Below are positions 48,556 to 57,711 of a stretch of DNA of 64,000 bases, one piece after another (positions within the stretch are counted from its first letter, which is position 1; each line of letters starts with the position of its first letter). The notes under the pieces are model-generated. The model had not been told where the DNA came from, ran no database searches, and saw nothing but the letters and a program-made list of their open reading frames with translations. This DNA comes from Patescibacteria group bacterium (GTDB lineage Bacteria; Patescibacteriota; UBA1384; UBA12157; JAENIV01). The DNA lies in NCBI GenBank assembly GCA_041666185.1, contig JBAYHL010000003.1, forward strand, positions 935 to 64,934, given 5' to 3'. The position numbers were made by a program, and so were the translations under genes.

Positions 48556-48596
48556 TGGTGCGCGGAGCAGGATTCGAACCTGCAACCGGGCGTGTA
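48556..48596 (-). pseudogene. tRNA 3'-half fragment (possibly Val-TAC-derived) with CCA
   Basis: Minus strand tacacgcccggttgcaggTTCGAATcctgctccgcgcACCA; no matching 5' acceptor strand upstream. Confidence 0.65.
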
Positions 48597-48615
48597 TGGT
48601 TATCTTTTTTGCTTT

Positions 48616-48690
48616 TGGTGGGCGCGGATGGATTCGAACCATCAACCGATCGGATATAAGCCGATTGCTCCGCCGTTGAGCTACGCGCCC
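48616..48690 (-). tRNA. tRNA-Ile(TAT)
   Basis: Acceptor gggcgcg/cgcgccc, A73, CCA; anticodon arm atcgg-ctTATat-ccgat; T arm gatgg-TTCGAAT-ccatc. Confidence 0.9.
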
Positions 48691-48804
48691 ACCAGCAACA
48701 AAAAAGAAAAGACGCCTGTTGAAATCTACTAACATTTTATCCTGTTTTTCTAATAATTTCAATCATTTTACTGTTTTGTCCTGTGCTACTCGGCACAGGA
48801 CTTG

Positions 48805-48878
48805 ACCCCCACACCTATTGTCGATTTGGTTGTTTTGGATCACAAAACAAAGTTTGTTGATGAAATAGGTGTGGGGGT
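48805..48878. repeat. Miniature inverted-repeat element
   Basis: acccccacacctatt ... aataggtgtgggggt 15 bp perfect terminal IR; preceded by the palindrome gtcctgtgc-tactcg-gcacaggac. Confidence 0.7.
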
Positions 48879-49071
48879 TGACATTGATTGTCCTTGCCAC
48901 TAATATCTGTTATTTTTGATTTGCTATAGTTTTACGCAAAAATCTTCAGGGACGATCTTACGCACAAATTTAGGGTCCGCCTTGGCTTGACGCCAGGCGA
49001 GATGGGTAGGGTCACCAGTCCGGATTATGGCACAGTTAATAGTAGCTTAAAAATTTATTATAAGGAGTAAA

Positions 49072-50187
49072 ATGAAAAGAAACATATCGAAAATGTTAAA
49101 ACGCTGTTTGATTTATAGTTTGATTTTGATTTTTGGTTTGCCATTTGGAGCAATTGCTTTCGGTGCGGATAAGGCTTCGGCATCAGAAAAAAAGGTCAGT
49201 GTATCGAAAGCCGAGTTTTCAAAAAAAACCACTTCCGAACCAGAGAAAGCAATAGTTCAAAAAGACATTACATCTCCACTGCCTCCAAAAATCGAAGGTT
49301 TTGCACAAGATAGAGTTTATCTTCAAGGCCAAAAAATTGATTTAAACATGTTCTTCAAAGGAGAGAAAAATTTGGACGTTTGGGCAAATACAAGTGTCCT
49401 TGATCCAAGTTTTCCAGAAAAATTAAATGCCTTACCTGTTGGAGATGGTATTTGGCACCTTGAAACACCAAAATTGACCGAAAATCTAAATATAAAAACT
49501 TCTGGTTTTACGATTTATGCCACAGATCCAAGTGGTAATAGTATTAATCAACAGGTTAAAATTGTCTTAAAACAGTCGCCAAAGATGGCAAATGTTACCC
49601 ACAGTCTTTCAACTGACAACGAGTTAACTCTTAGTTGGAATTATTCTAAATTAGTTGAGCAGTATTTGGTTGAATGGAATATTTATGGCGAAAGTAATGT
49701 TTCACAAAAAGTTTTAAATGGTAATTTAACTGGCACGAAGATTAATAATCTCCAATCAGGAACATCTTATGTTGTTAAGGTTTTGATTCTAAAAAAAGGT
49801 GAAAAGGGGAGAGTTACAGAGCTTAATGTAAAAACTTCCGGAATTTCACCAAAAAGTGTTATTGGAACTTCGTCTATTAATAACACATTAACAACAAAGA
49901 CCACGCCTTCAATTGGAAACGGTGTTGCGACGACTAAAAGAGTTGCTCAAACACCAAAATCTGATGCAAATGTAACGCCAGAGGCTACTACTAGCCCCAC
50001 TCCTAGCCCGACACCTTCCGAAAAAGGTGCGGCAGCAGGTGGTTGGAGTAAACTCTTGGTTGCTTTAAGTATTTTAATTATTGCTGCTGGCGCAGCTCTT
50101 GGTGGGTATTATGGTTATGAATGGTTAATGCTTCGTTCGAAAGACAAAGAAGATAGAGAACCACCAGAATCAAACAGTCGTTGGTGA
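49072..50187 (+). CDS. Surface protein with signal peptide, FN3-like domain, S/T/P linker and C-terminal TM
   Basis: LTLSWNY..YLVEW..NLQSGTSYVVKV; TTSPTPSPTPS; hydrophobic C-terminal helix. Confidence 0.75.
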   Translation: MKRNISKMLKRCLIYSLILIFGLPFGAIAFGADKASASEKKVSVSKAEFSKKTTSEPEKAIVQKDITSPLPPKIEGFAQDRVYLQGQKIDLNMFFKGEKNLDVWANTSVLDPSFPEKLNALPVGDGIWHLETPKLTENLNIKTSGFTIYATDPSGNSINQQVKIVLKQSPKMANVTHSLSTDNELTLSWNYSKLVEQYLVEWNIYGESNVSQKVLNGNLTGTKINNLQSGTSYVVKVLILKKGEKGRVTELNVKTSGISPKSVIGTSSINNTLTTKTTPSIGNGVATTKRVAQTPKSDANVTPEATTSPTPSPTPSEKGAAAGGWSKLLVALSILIIAAGAALGGYYGYEWLMLRSKDKEDREPPESNSRW

Positions 50188-50204
50188 TCACTCACATTGT
50201 ATGT

Positions 50205-50240
50205 AAACAAAAGCCCCGTAATTTGACGGGGTTTTTGTTT
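50205..50240. terminator. Intrinsic terminator
   Basis: aaacaaaagccccgt-aatttg-acggggtttttgttt. Confidence 0.85.
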
Positions 50241-50277
50241 ATTATATAGTATACTATATATAGTAGGTGCATAGTTA

Positions 50278-50700
50278 ATGATGAAATTTAATCAAAATAA
50301 AATATTGTCTAAAATTACTAAGGTAGGGGTTTATCTTGGAGTTTTTTGGGTGCTTTTTTTGTTGGGCCGGGCTATTTGGCAAAATTGGGATTTAAAACAT
50401 TCAATTTACAAGTTAAATGAACAAATTGTGATTCTGAACCAACAAAAAAAAGATTTAGAAAATCTTAATTTATATTATCAGTCGGATTCTTTTAAAGAAT
50501 TAGAGGCGCGTAAACTATTGGGACTTAAAAAATCAGGAGAAAAACTGGTTATTTTACCAATAGAAACTCCTAAAGCAGAATCATCGGCTGCTAATAGTTT
50601 TCCGGAACAACTCAATAAAGAAAAAGAAACAGTGGCGGGAGTAACAGCGCCAACAAGAATTCCTAACTGGCTTTTATGGTGGCAATACTTTACTAAGTAA
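50278..50700 (+). CDS. Septum formation initiator (FtsB/DivIC-like)
   Basis: TM + coiled coil + ELEARKLLGLKKSGEKLVIL; ends PNWLLWWQYF. Confidence 0.8.
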   Translation: MMKFNQNKILSKITKVGVYLGVFWVLFLLGRAIWQNWDLKHSIYKLNEQIVILNQQKKDLENLNLYYQSDSFKELEARKLLGLKKSGEKLVILPIETPKAESSAANSFPEQLNKEKETVAGVTAPTRIPNWLLWWQYFTK

Positions 50701-50731
50701 AAATCCTTAAGTTCTCTCGAATATCGCAACA

Positions 50732-50874
50732 TTGACAGGCGGTCTTTTTTGTGATATACTGTCTTAATGTCATAAAAAGACACCTTAAAACAAAAATAAA
50801 AGGAAAGCGTCCCCCTACGCCCTGACGGGCTTCGGAGGGACTTCCCCGATATTGCATCGGGGAGCGGAGGGGCA
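50732..50874 (+). promoter_or_regulatory. Promoter + conserved leader (copy B) containing a GC-rich double-hairpin insert
   Basis: TTGACA-17-TATACT gtcttaatgtcataaaaagacaccttaaaacaaaaataaaagg...ggagcggaggggcaATG. Confidence 0.8.
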
Positions 50875-51942
50875 ATGAATAAAATTCAATTCAAAGCAAT
50901 TAAATATATATTTGGTCTTGTTGTTTTTATTAGTACTCTTATTTTTAATATTTCTTTTGCGAGCGCGGCAACTTATTCAGCTGATACCTTAGTTAGTTTA
51001 ACTAATGAATCTAGATCTCAAAACGGATTAGGCAATCTATTAGCAAATTCTAAATTATCTAATGCTGCTTATGCGAAAGCTCAAGACATTTTAGCTAAAG
51101 ATTATTTTGCTCACAATTCCCCAGATGGTAAAACCCCTTGGGATTTTATTAATGAATCTGGTTATGTTTATACTTATGCTGGCGAAAACTTAGCAATTGG
51201 TTACAGTGACGCTAATGAACTTTTTACAGCTTGGATGAATTCACCAACTCATAGAGAAAATATCTTAGGTCCAAACTATCGTGAAATTGGTATTGCGGTG
51301 GTTTCTGGTGAATTTCAAGGTGCTGAGACGATTGTTGCTGTTCAGGAATTTGGTACGGCTGCAGAAGGAAATTTAGCTGAACAACAAGTTGCTGCTCAGC
51401 TTTCAACACCAACACCTTCGCCATCAGTTACTGCTTCGCCAACATCTATTCCAACAGGAGCAAAAAGTTTTGAATTTATTAAAGATAAAACCGCTTTTAC
51501 TCCTAACAGCATTTTTTCTGGTGAGGAAGTAGAATTTAAAGTTACAATTTCTGGTGAAGTTAAATCTCTTGAAGCTCAGGTATTTGATAAAAAATATAAT
51601 CTCTTAGAAGCAGCTAGCGTAACTGGTTCTGGTAAAGAAAAAACATATACTTTAGATCAAAAAATTGAAAATAATGGCACTTCCGAAGTTAAGATTTTGG
51701 CGACTGATAATAATGGTAATTCGGACACTTTAAGTTTCGGTACTTTAAATGTTAAAGAAACGGTGATTAGTAAAGATCAGCCTGAAAAAATTAGTTTAAT
51801 TGCCGGTTTTAAGCAATCTTTCAAATTGTACTGGTTTGTTTATTTAGCAGTTTCAGTTTTAATTGCTTTAGCAATTGCTTTTTACTTTATTTCAAAAAGA
51901 AGCAGATTTAATGGTGGTCTTCTTACTTCTTGGCGTTTCTAA
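50875..51942 (+). CDS. CAP (SCP) domain surface protein with C-terminal TM
   Basis: LTNESRSQNGL..YFAHNSPDG..AGENLA..WMNSPTHRENIL..EIGIAV. Confidence 0.92.
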   Translation: MNKIQFKAIKYIFGLVVFISTLIFNISFASAATYSADTLVSLTNESRSQNGLGNLLANSKLSNAAYAKAQDILAKDYFAHNSPDGKTPWDFINESGYVYTYAGENLAIGYSDANELFTAWMNSPTHRENILGPNYREIGIAVVSGEFQGAETIVAVQEFGTAAEGNLAEQQVAAQLSTPTPSPSVTASPTSIPTGAKSFEFIKDKTAFTPNSIFSGEEVEFKVTISGEVKSLEAQVFDKKYNLLEAASVTGSGKEKTYTLDQKIENNGTSEVKILATDNNGNSDTLSFGTLNVKETVISKDQPEKISLIAGFKQSFKLYWFVYLAVSVLIALAIAFYFISKRSRFNGGLLTSWRF

Positions 51943-52045
51943 GACAATACACACCTTGATTTTACAAGCTCTCTTTGCTAAAATAACTATAGAGCTAAAT
52001 TTCTTGAGGCTTTTTGAGTAAGATTAGCTTCAAGTTTTTTAATAT

Positions 52046-52120
52046 CGCGGGGTGGAGAAGTAGTATCTCGTCAGGCTCATAACCTGAAGATCAGCGGTGC
52101 AATTCCGTTCCCCGCTACCA
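52046..52120 (+). tRNA. Initiator tRNA-fMet(CAT)
   Basis: C1:U72 mismatch (cgcgggg/ccccgct), anticodon arm tcagg-ctCATaa-cctga, encoded CCA. Confidence 0.9.
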
Positions 52121-52170
52121 AATTATCTTTAAAGACGGCCCAAGTGAGTTTACTCTGAGGATAACGAAGG

Positions 52171-52245
52171 GGCTGAGTAGCTCAGTGGTAGAGCGAGGTC
52201 TTCATAAGGCCGAGGTCGCAGGTTCGAATCCTGCCTTAGCCACCA
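52171..52245 (+). tRNA. tRNA-Met(CAT), probably elongator
   Basis: Acceptor ggctgag/cttagcc, loop ttCATaa, T arm gcagg-TTCGAAT-cctgc, CCA. Confidence 0.9.
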
Positions 52246-52275
52246 TTTCAAAATTTTTAAATAAAACTTTTTATC

Positions 52276-54069
52276 ATGAATATAAATTTAAAATCAAGTT
52301 GTTTTCGAAATATTTTTTATTTAATTACTGTTGTTGTCTTTGCCTTAATTATTTATTCTTTAGTTGTGCCACTCAACCGCTCAGAAACAAAAGAAGTGCC
52401 AGTTTCTCAAATTGCTAAAGAGGTGAGTGATAATCAAGTTTCTTCTATTACGGTTGATCAAAATCAAATAACTGCTAAGTTAAAAGACGGCACAGAAATT
52501 AAATCTTATAAAGAATCCGGAGTCGGTCTAAAAGACTACGGTATTACCTCCGACAAGGTGAGTATTGATGTTAAAAATCCTGATCGAGGGAATTTTTGGT
52601 CCTCATTTTTATCAATTATTTTACCTTTTCTTTTGATTGGCGGTATTTTATATTTTATGCTTCGTCAGGCCCAGGTTGGCAACAATAAGGCTATGTCTTT
52701 TGGTCAATCGAGAGCCAGACTTTTTACCCCAGGAGCTAAGAAAACTACATTTAAAGATGTTGCTGGTCTGATTGAGCCAAAACAAGAGCTACAAGAAGTA
52801 GTAGAATTTTTAAAAACCCCAGCTAAATTTAAAAGTCTTGGCGCAGAAATTCCTAAAGGTGTTTTGCTAGTTGGTCCACCAGGTTGTGGTAAAACACTTT
52901 TAGCCAGAGCGGTTGCCGGAGAGGCTAATGTGCCATTTTTCTCAATCTCTGCTTCTGAATTTGTCGAAATGTTTGTTGGGGTTGGGGCTGCAAGAGTTAG
53001 GGATTTGTTTTTAAAAGCTAAAAGAAATTCCCCGGCAATTTTATTTATCGATGAACTAGATGCCATTGGGCGACAACGTGGGTCAGGTCTTGGTGGTTCT
53101 CATGACGAAAGAGAACAAACTTTAAACCAAATCTTGGTTGAAATGGATGGTTTTGAAACAGATACTCGGGTAATTGTTATGGCAGCAACCAATCGGCCAG
53201 ATGTTTTAGATCCGGCTTTACTTCGACCGGGTCGGTTTGATAGACGAATTGTCATTGACCTACCCGATATTAAAGAAAGAGAAGCAATTTTAAAAATTCA
53301 TTCTCACGGCAAACCTTTTGCCAAAGATGCTGATTTAGAAAAACTTGCTCGCTCAACCGTTGGTCTTTCAGGAGCTGATTTAAGAAATGTTGTTAATGAA
53401 GCGGCTATTTTAGCAGCTAGAAATGGCTTAAAAGAAATCAGACAAGATGAATTAAATTCATCGATTGAAAAAGTTATTCTCGGACCAGAGAGAAAATCAC
53501 ATCTTCTTTCGGAGCAAGAGAAAGAAATTTCCGCCTTTCATGAGGTAGGCCATGCAATTATTGGCAAAAGTTTACCTAACTGCGATCCTATTCACAAAGT
53601 TTCTATTGTTTCTCGCGGAATGGCTTTAGGGTACACTTGGTCTTTACCAACAGAAGATAAGAAACTTTATTCAAGAGCTAAGTTCCAAGATGAAGTCGCT
53701 CAATTATTGGGTGGTTATGTAGCCGAAAAAATAATTTTTGGTGATGTAACAACCGGTGCTCAAAACGATTTAAAGAGGGCAACACAAATTGCTCGTGATA
53801 TGGTAATGGTTTACGGAATGTCAGATAAAATTGGGCCAATTGTTTTAGGTGAAAAAGAAGAAATGATCTTTTTAGGCCGAGAGATTTCCGAACAAAGAAA
53901 CTATTCAGAAAGCAAAGCTGCTCAAATTGACGAAGAAGTAGCTAAAATTATTACCGATGCGCAGAAAGTGGCGGCAAAGATTTTACAAAATAAAAAAGTA
54001 TCTTTAAAAAGAATAACAAAAGATTTAATTAAATTGGAAACTATTGAAGGCGACAAGCTAAAAATTTAA
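52276..54069 (+). CDS. ftsH: ATP-dependent zinc metalloprotease FtsH
   Basis: Two TMs, [30 protein letters not shown] zinc motif. Confidence 0.98.
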   Translation: MNINLKSSCFRNIFYLITVVVFALIIYSLVVPLNRSETKEVPVSQIAKEVSDNQVSSITVDQNQITAKLKDGTEIKSYKESGVGLKDYGITSDKVSIDVKNPDRGNFWSSFLSIILPFLLIGGILYFMLRQAQVGNNKAMSFGQSRARLFTPGAKKTTFKDVAGLIEPKQELQEVVEFLKTPAKFKSLGAEIPKGVLLVGPPGCGKTLLARAVAGEANVPFFSISASEFVEMFVGVGAARVRDLFLKAKRNSPAILFIDELDAIGRQRGSGLGGSHDEREQTLNQILVEMDGFETDTRVIVMAATNRPDVLDPALLRPGRFDRRIVIDLPDIKEREAILKIHSHGKPFAKDADLEKLARSTVGLSGADLRNVVNEAAILAARNGLKEIRQDELNSSIEKVILGPERKSHLLSEQEKEISAFHEVGHAIIGKSLPNCDPIHKVSIVSRGMALGYTWSLPTEDKKLYSRAKFQDEVAQLLGGYVAEKIIFGDVTTGAQNDLKRATQIARDMVMVYGMSDKIGPIVLGEKEEMIFLGREISEQRNYSESKAAQIDEEVAKIITDAQKVAAKILQNKKVSLKRITKDLIKLETIEGDKLKI

Positions 54070-54078
54070 GGAGGGAAA

Positions 54079-54201
54079 ATGATAGAAGTTGCAGGGATTA
54101 CTATTACACCAAAATTTATTTGGCTTGTTTATCTAATTATCTCTTTGAGTGTTACTGGTATAGTTGGTTATTTCTGGTTTTGGCGTAAACGTAAATCTTA
54201 A
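54079..54201 (+). CDS. Unannotated 40-aa single-TM protein with a basic tail
   Basis: AAGGAGGG RBS overlapping the ftsH stop; MIEVAGITITPKFIWLVYLIISLSVTGIVGYFWFWRKRKS. Confidence 0.7.
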   Translation: MIEVAGITITPKFIWLVYLIISLSVTGIVGYFWFWRKRKS

Positions 54202-54245
54202 ATTTAAACCTTGTTTTAAGTGTTTAAATCTCGTAGAATGGACTT

Positions 54246-55844
54246 ATGAGAAAATTTTTAAGCTTTTTGGGAGGCAAGAATTCTTATCTTAGCGCTTCCC
54301 TAATTCTTATCGTAACCCTTTTTTTGTCAAATGTTTTAGGAGTGTTGCGAGACCACTATTTGACTCAAAAAATTCCTACAGATATTTTATCGACTTACTA
54401 TGCTGCTTTCAGGATTCCTGATCTCTTGTTTAATGTTCTAATTTTAGGCGCAATATCGTCAGCTTTTATTCCGGTTTTTTCGAGTCTTGTTTATCAAAAA
54501 AAAGAAAGTGAGGCTTGGAAAGTTGCTAGCTCGGTTATTAACATTGCTATTTTAAGCTTAATAATTTTTTGTTTGATTTTAGGCGTTTTAATGCCATATA
54601 TTGCTCCAGTATTTGTGCCAGGGTTCAATCAAGAAGAACTTTCGCTTACAGTTAAATTAACTCGAATAATGTTGGCTTCGCCAATCTTTTTTGGTCTTTC
54701 TTATATCTTTGGAGCTATTCTAAATTCTTATAAAAGATTTTTAGTTTATTCTCTAGCGCCTCTTATTTATAATTTATCAATTATTTTGGGAACATTATTT
54801 CTTTCGCCACGCATTGGTGTTGTGGGGGTAGCAATTGCCGTTGTTGTGGGTGCTTTTCTACATATGTCAATCCAAATTCCAGTTGCTATAAGGCTTGGGT
54901 TTAAATGGGAGATGGTGGCTGATTTTAAAAATAGTTTTGTTAGAAAAATTGGTATCTTGATGTTTCCGCGAGCAATTGGCTTGGGCGCTAATCAAATAAT
55001 GCTTTTGTTTTTTACTAGCATTGCTTCTGTTTTAGGTGGTTCGGCAATTGCGATTTATAATTTGGCTGATAATATTCAAACCATGCCAATGGTAGTTTTT
55101 GGAACTTCTTTTGCAATGGCAATTTTTCCAACTCTTTCAGAAAAAATTTCTCATAATGATTGGCAAGGTTTTAGAAACGATTTTACTAAAACTCTGCGAT
55201 CAATTCTTTTTTTCATTGTTCCGATGGTTTTTGGTATTATTCTTCTTAGAGCGCAAATAGTAAGAATTATTTTAGGTTCTGGTCATTTTGGTTGGCAACA
55301 AACCATCGATACCGCTAACACTTTAGGTTATTTTGCTCTCTCCCTTGTTTTTACAAGCACAGTTCCGCTCCTTGCTAGGGCATCTTACGCTTTACATAAT
55401 ACTAAAATACCTATGATGGTAACGGTTATTACGGTTATTATCTCAGTAATTACTGGTAAAATTTTAGCAGGTTCAATGGGCGTTCTTGGTCTAGCATTAG
55501 CGTATTCCATTGGTTCATTTTTTAATGCTTCAATTTTATATTTACTTTTAAGAAAAAAAATACAAATAACAGAATGGCCAGTGGTGGCATTCTTTTTAAA
55601 AGTTCTTTTAGCTTCACTTATTATGGCGGTTGCCTTGCAAGAGACAAAGTTTGTAATGGCGATTTTTGTTGACATGACTCGTTTTTGGGGAGTGCTAATT
55701 CAAACGTTGGCAAGCACCGCGATAGCAGTTTTGATCTATTTAGTTTTAACTTGGATATTTGGTTGCGAAGAAACTTCTTCTATAAAAGTGATTTTTGGTC
55801 GTTTTCGAGGAAAGGTGGTTAGAGATGAAGAACCAGGAAGATGA
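54246..55844 (+). CDS. murJ: Lipid II flippase MurJ (MviN)
   Basis: SNVLGVLRD, YYAAFRIPDLLFN..GAISSAFIPVF; about 14 TMs. Confidence 0.95.
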   Translation: MRKFLSFLGGKNSYLSASLILIVTLFLSNVLGVLRDHYLTQKIPTDILSTYYAAFRIPDLLFNVLILGAISSAFIPVFSSLVYQKKESEAWKVASSVINIAILSLIIFCLILGVLMPYIAPVFVPGFNQEELSLTVKLTRIMLASPIFFGLSYIFGAILNSYKRFLVYSLAPLIYNLSIILGTLFLSPRIGVVGVAIAVVVGAFLHMSIQIPVAIRLGFKWEMVADFKNSFVRKIGILMFPRAIGLGANQIMLLFFTSIASVLGGSAIAIYNLADNIQTMPMVVFGTSFAMAIFPTLSEKISHNDWQGFRNDFTKTLRSILFFIVPMVFGIILLRAQIVRIILGSGHFGWQQTIDTANTLGYFALSLVFTSTVPLLARASYALHNTKIPMMVTVITVIISVITGKILAGSMGVLGLALAYSIGSFFNASILYLLLRKKIQITEWPVVAFFLKVLLASLIMAVALQETKFVMAIFVDMTRFWGVLIQTLASTAIAVLIYLVLTWIFGCEETSSIKVIFGRFRGKVVRDEEPGR

Positions 55845-56442
55845 ATTCTATTCTGAGCTAGATAAAAAAGCGCTCCATAAAAGTTGTTGTACTTTTCAAA
55901 CAATGATTCTCTTTTTTGTTGGTTTATTGGTGCTGGCAATTATTGGTACGTTTTATTGTTATAATCAAATCAAAAAAATAAACTTTCCTTCTAAGATTGT
56001 CGCCTCAACGTTTCAAGATAAAGATAGTTTTTACGAAAAAATAAAATCCTCGGATTTGCAAGAAAATATTGAAATAACCATAACACAAGAAGAATTAACT
56101 GCTGTAACTTCAGGGGGGTTATCGGGCAGGAATTTTATTATTAAGAATACCCAAGTTATTATTAATGAAAATAGTGTTGATATTTTTGGAACATTAACAA
56201 AACCATTAAGTTCTCAAATAAAAATTGTTACAGTTCCAAAAGTAAATAGTGGTAAAGTTAAATTTGAAGTTCAAAAATTTACTGCTGGTAATCTTTCCAT
56301 GCCAAAATTTATTAGTGATAAAATAGCAGAATCTATTAGCAAGACGATGGATGAAAATTTCTCAGAATTCTATACAAATTATGAAGTTGAAAACATCAAT
56401 CTTTTTGATGGTAAAATGATCATAAGTGGAAAATTAAAATAA
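55825..56442 (+). CDS. Membrane-anchored hypothetical protein (YpmS/DUF2140-like)
   Basis: Single TM, EITITQEELTA, ends LFDGKMIISGKLK. Confidence 0.6.
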   Translation: MKNQEDEFYSELDKKALHKSCCTFQTMILFFVGLLVLAIIGTFYCYNQIKKINFPSKIVASTFQDKDSFYEKIKSSDLQENIEITITQEELTAVTSGGLSGRNFIIKNTQVIINENSVDIFGTLTKPLSSQIKIVTVPKVNSGKVKFEVQKFTAGNLSMPKFISDKIAESISKTMDENFSEFYTNYEVENINLFDGKMIISGKLK

Positions 56443-56466
56443 TAAAGCGACTGAAGGGAGCGTTTC

Positions 56467-56727
56467 ATGCAGCAAGCTTTTTTGCTAATCATTTCAATTT
56501 TAGGGGCAATTTATTCTTTTACAACACATCAAACAAAAATTGGTTTCGGGCTTTTAATTATTGGTATTTCTTTTATTTTTTCAATTCCTGGTTTAGTTAC
56601 TGGTGTTTGGGCTGATGTTTTTGAGGCGATTACAATGGTTGTTTTCGCTCTAGGGGTCTTTGTGATTGTTTTTCAAAAAAAAGTGGTTGGCAAGAAAGAA
56701 GAATCGTCTAAGCAAGAAAATGAATAA
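56467..56727 (+). CDS. Small 3-TM membrane protein
   Basis: Hydrophobic ORF in operon context with an RBS. Confidence 0.7.
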   Translation: MQQAFLLIISILGAIYSFTTHQTKIGFGLLIIGISFIFSIPGLVTGVWADVFEAITMVVFALGVFVIVFQKKVVGKKEESSKQENE

Positions 56728-57655
56728 AGATAAAATTTTAGTCACAAGTAATGCCAATCCCGATTTAGATGGCTACGCCTCAGCCATTGGCTACACGGAT
56801 TTACTTAAAAAACAAGGGAAAAATGCTCAGGCAATTTTATTGGGTAATTTTTCCGATGAAATTATTTTTGTTGCTAATTATCTTAAAGAAAAGGTTTTAC
56901 CAGTTTTCGAAGGTAATTTAGATCAATTTGATCAAATTATTATGGTGGACACAAGTTTTTTAGGAACTTTAGGGAAAGAAATTAGTCCTCAAAAACTTAA
57001 GGAAATTATTGATCATCGAATAGCTAATGAGTCTCATCTTTATCCATGGGCAAAAGTTCAAATTGAGCTCGTTGGTTCTTGCGCAACTTTAATTGTCGAA
57101 AAATATAAAAAAACAAAAATTGAACCCAGCAAAGAAATAGCAGTTTATCTTTATGGAGCGATTGCTTCTAATACGATTAATTTTAAAAGTAATCTTACAA
57201 CCAAAAGAGATATTGTGGCTGCCAACTATCTTAAGAAACTGACAAAAATTCCGGATAATTTTATCAATCAAATGTTTGTCTTTAAATCTGATCTAACTGG
57301 TGAAAAACTTTTTAAACAAATGACACACGATGTTCTTGATCACTTAGAGTTTAATAATAAAAAAATTTTTATTTTTCAAATAGAGTCTGCTAATTGCAAA
57401 GATTTGATTGAAAATAGAATTAATGAAATTAACAACTTTGTTTTTAAAAGTCTCAAAGGTAAAAATATTGATTTCGTTTTTACTAATATTATAGATATTG
57501 TCGAAGGATATAATTATATTATTTCAATGGATGAGAAAACAAGAAAATTTTTAGAAGATGTTTTGGGGTTAGAATTTAATAATAATGTAGCAAAAACAGA
57601 CAGTATTATTATGCGTAAAGAAATAGTTGCAAAAATAAAAGATTATTTTTGTTAA
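56720..57655 (+). CDS. DHH/DHHA2 family protein, similar to Mn-dependent inorganic pyrophosphatase
   Basis: NPDLDGYASA, IIDHR, VGSCATLI, C-terminal MRKEIV; ATG overlaps the upstream gene. Confidence 0.8.
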   Translation: MNKDKILVTSNANPDLDGYASAIGYTDLLKKQGKNAQAILLGNFSDEIIFVANYLKEKVLPVFEGNLDQFDQIIMVDTSFLGTLGKEISPQKLKEIIDHRIANESHLYPWAKVQIELVGSCATLIVEKYKKTKIEPSKEIAVYLYGAIASNTINFKSNLTTKRDIVAANYLKKLTKIPDNFINQMFVFKSDLTGEKLFKQMTHDVLDHLEFNNKKIFIFQIESANCKDLIENRINEINNFVFKSLKGKNIDFVFTNIIDIVEGYNYIISMDEKTRKFLEDVLGLEFNNNVAKTDSIIMRKEIVAKIKDYFC

Positions 57656-57711
57656 CCCTAAATTTACTAAGCAGTCTCGCTAACAGAAGAAAAATGTGCT
57701 AAAATTAGAGT

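Noticed and set aside
48459-48762. Three short ORFs over the tRNA-Ile region, and ORF 52185-52418
   Set aside because: They are translations of tRNA and promoter sequence.
48925-49050. Possible cyclic-di-GMP-I riboswitch (ACGCAAA..AGGGTC..TATGGCA words)
   Set aside because: The resemblance is only word-level; I could not build the GNRA-capped P2 stem or P1. It would need an Infernal hit.
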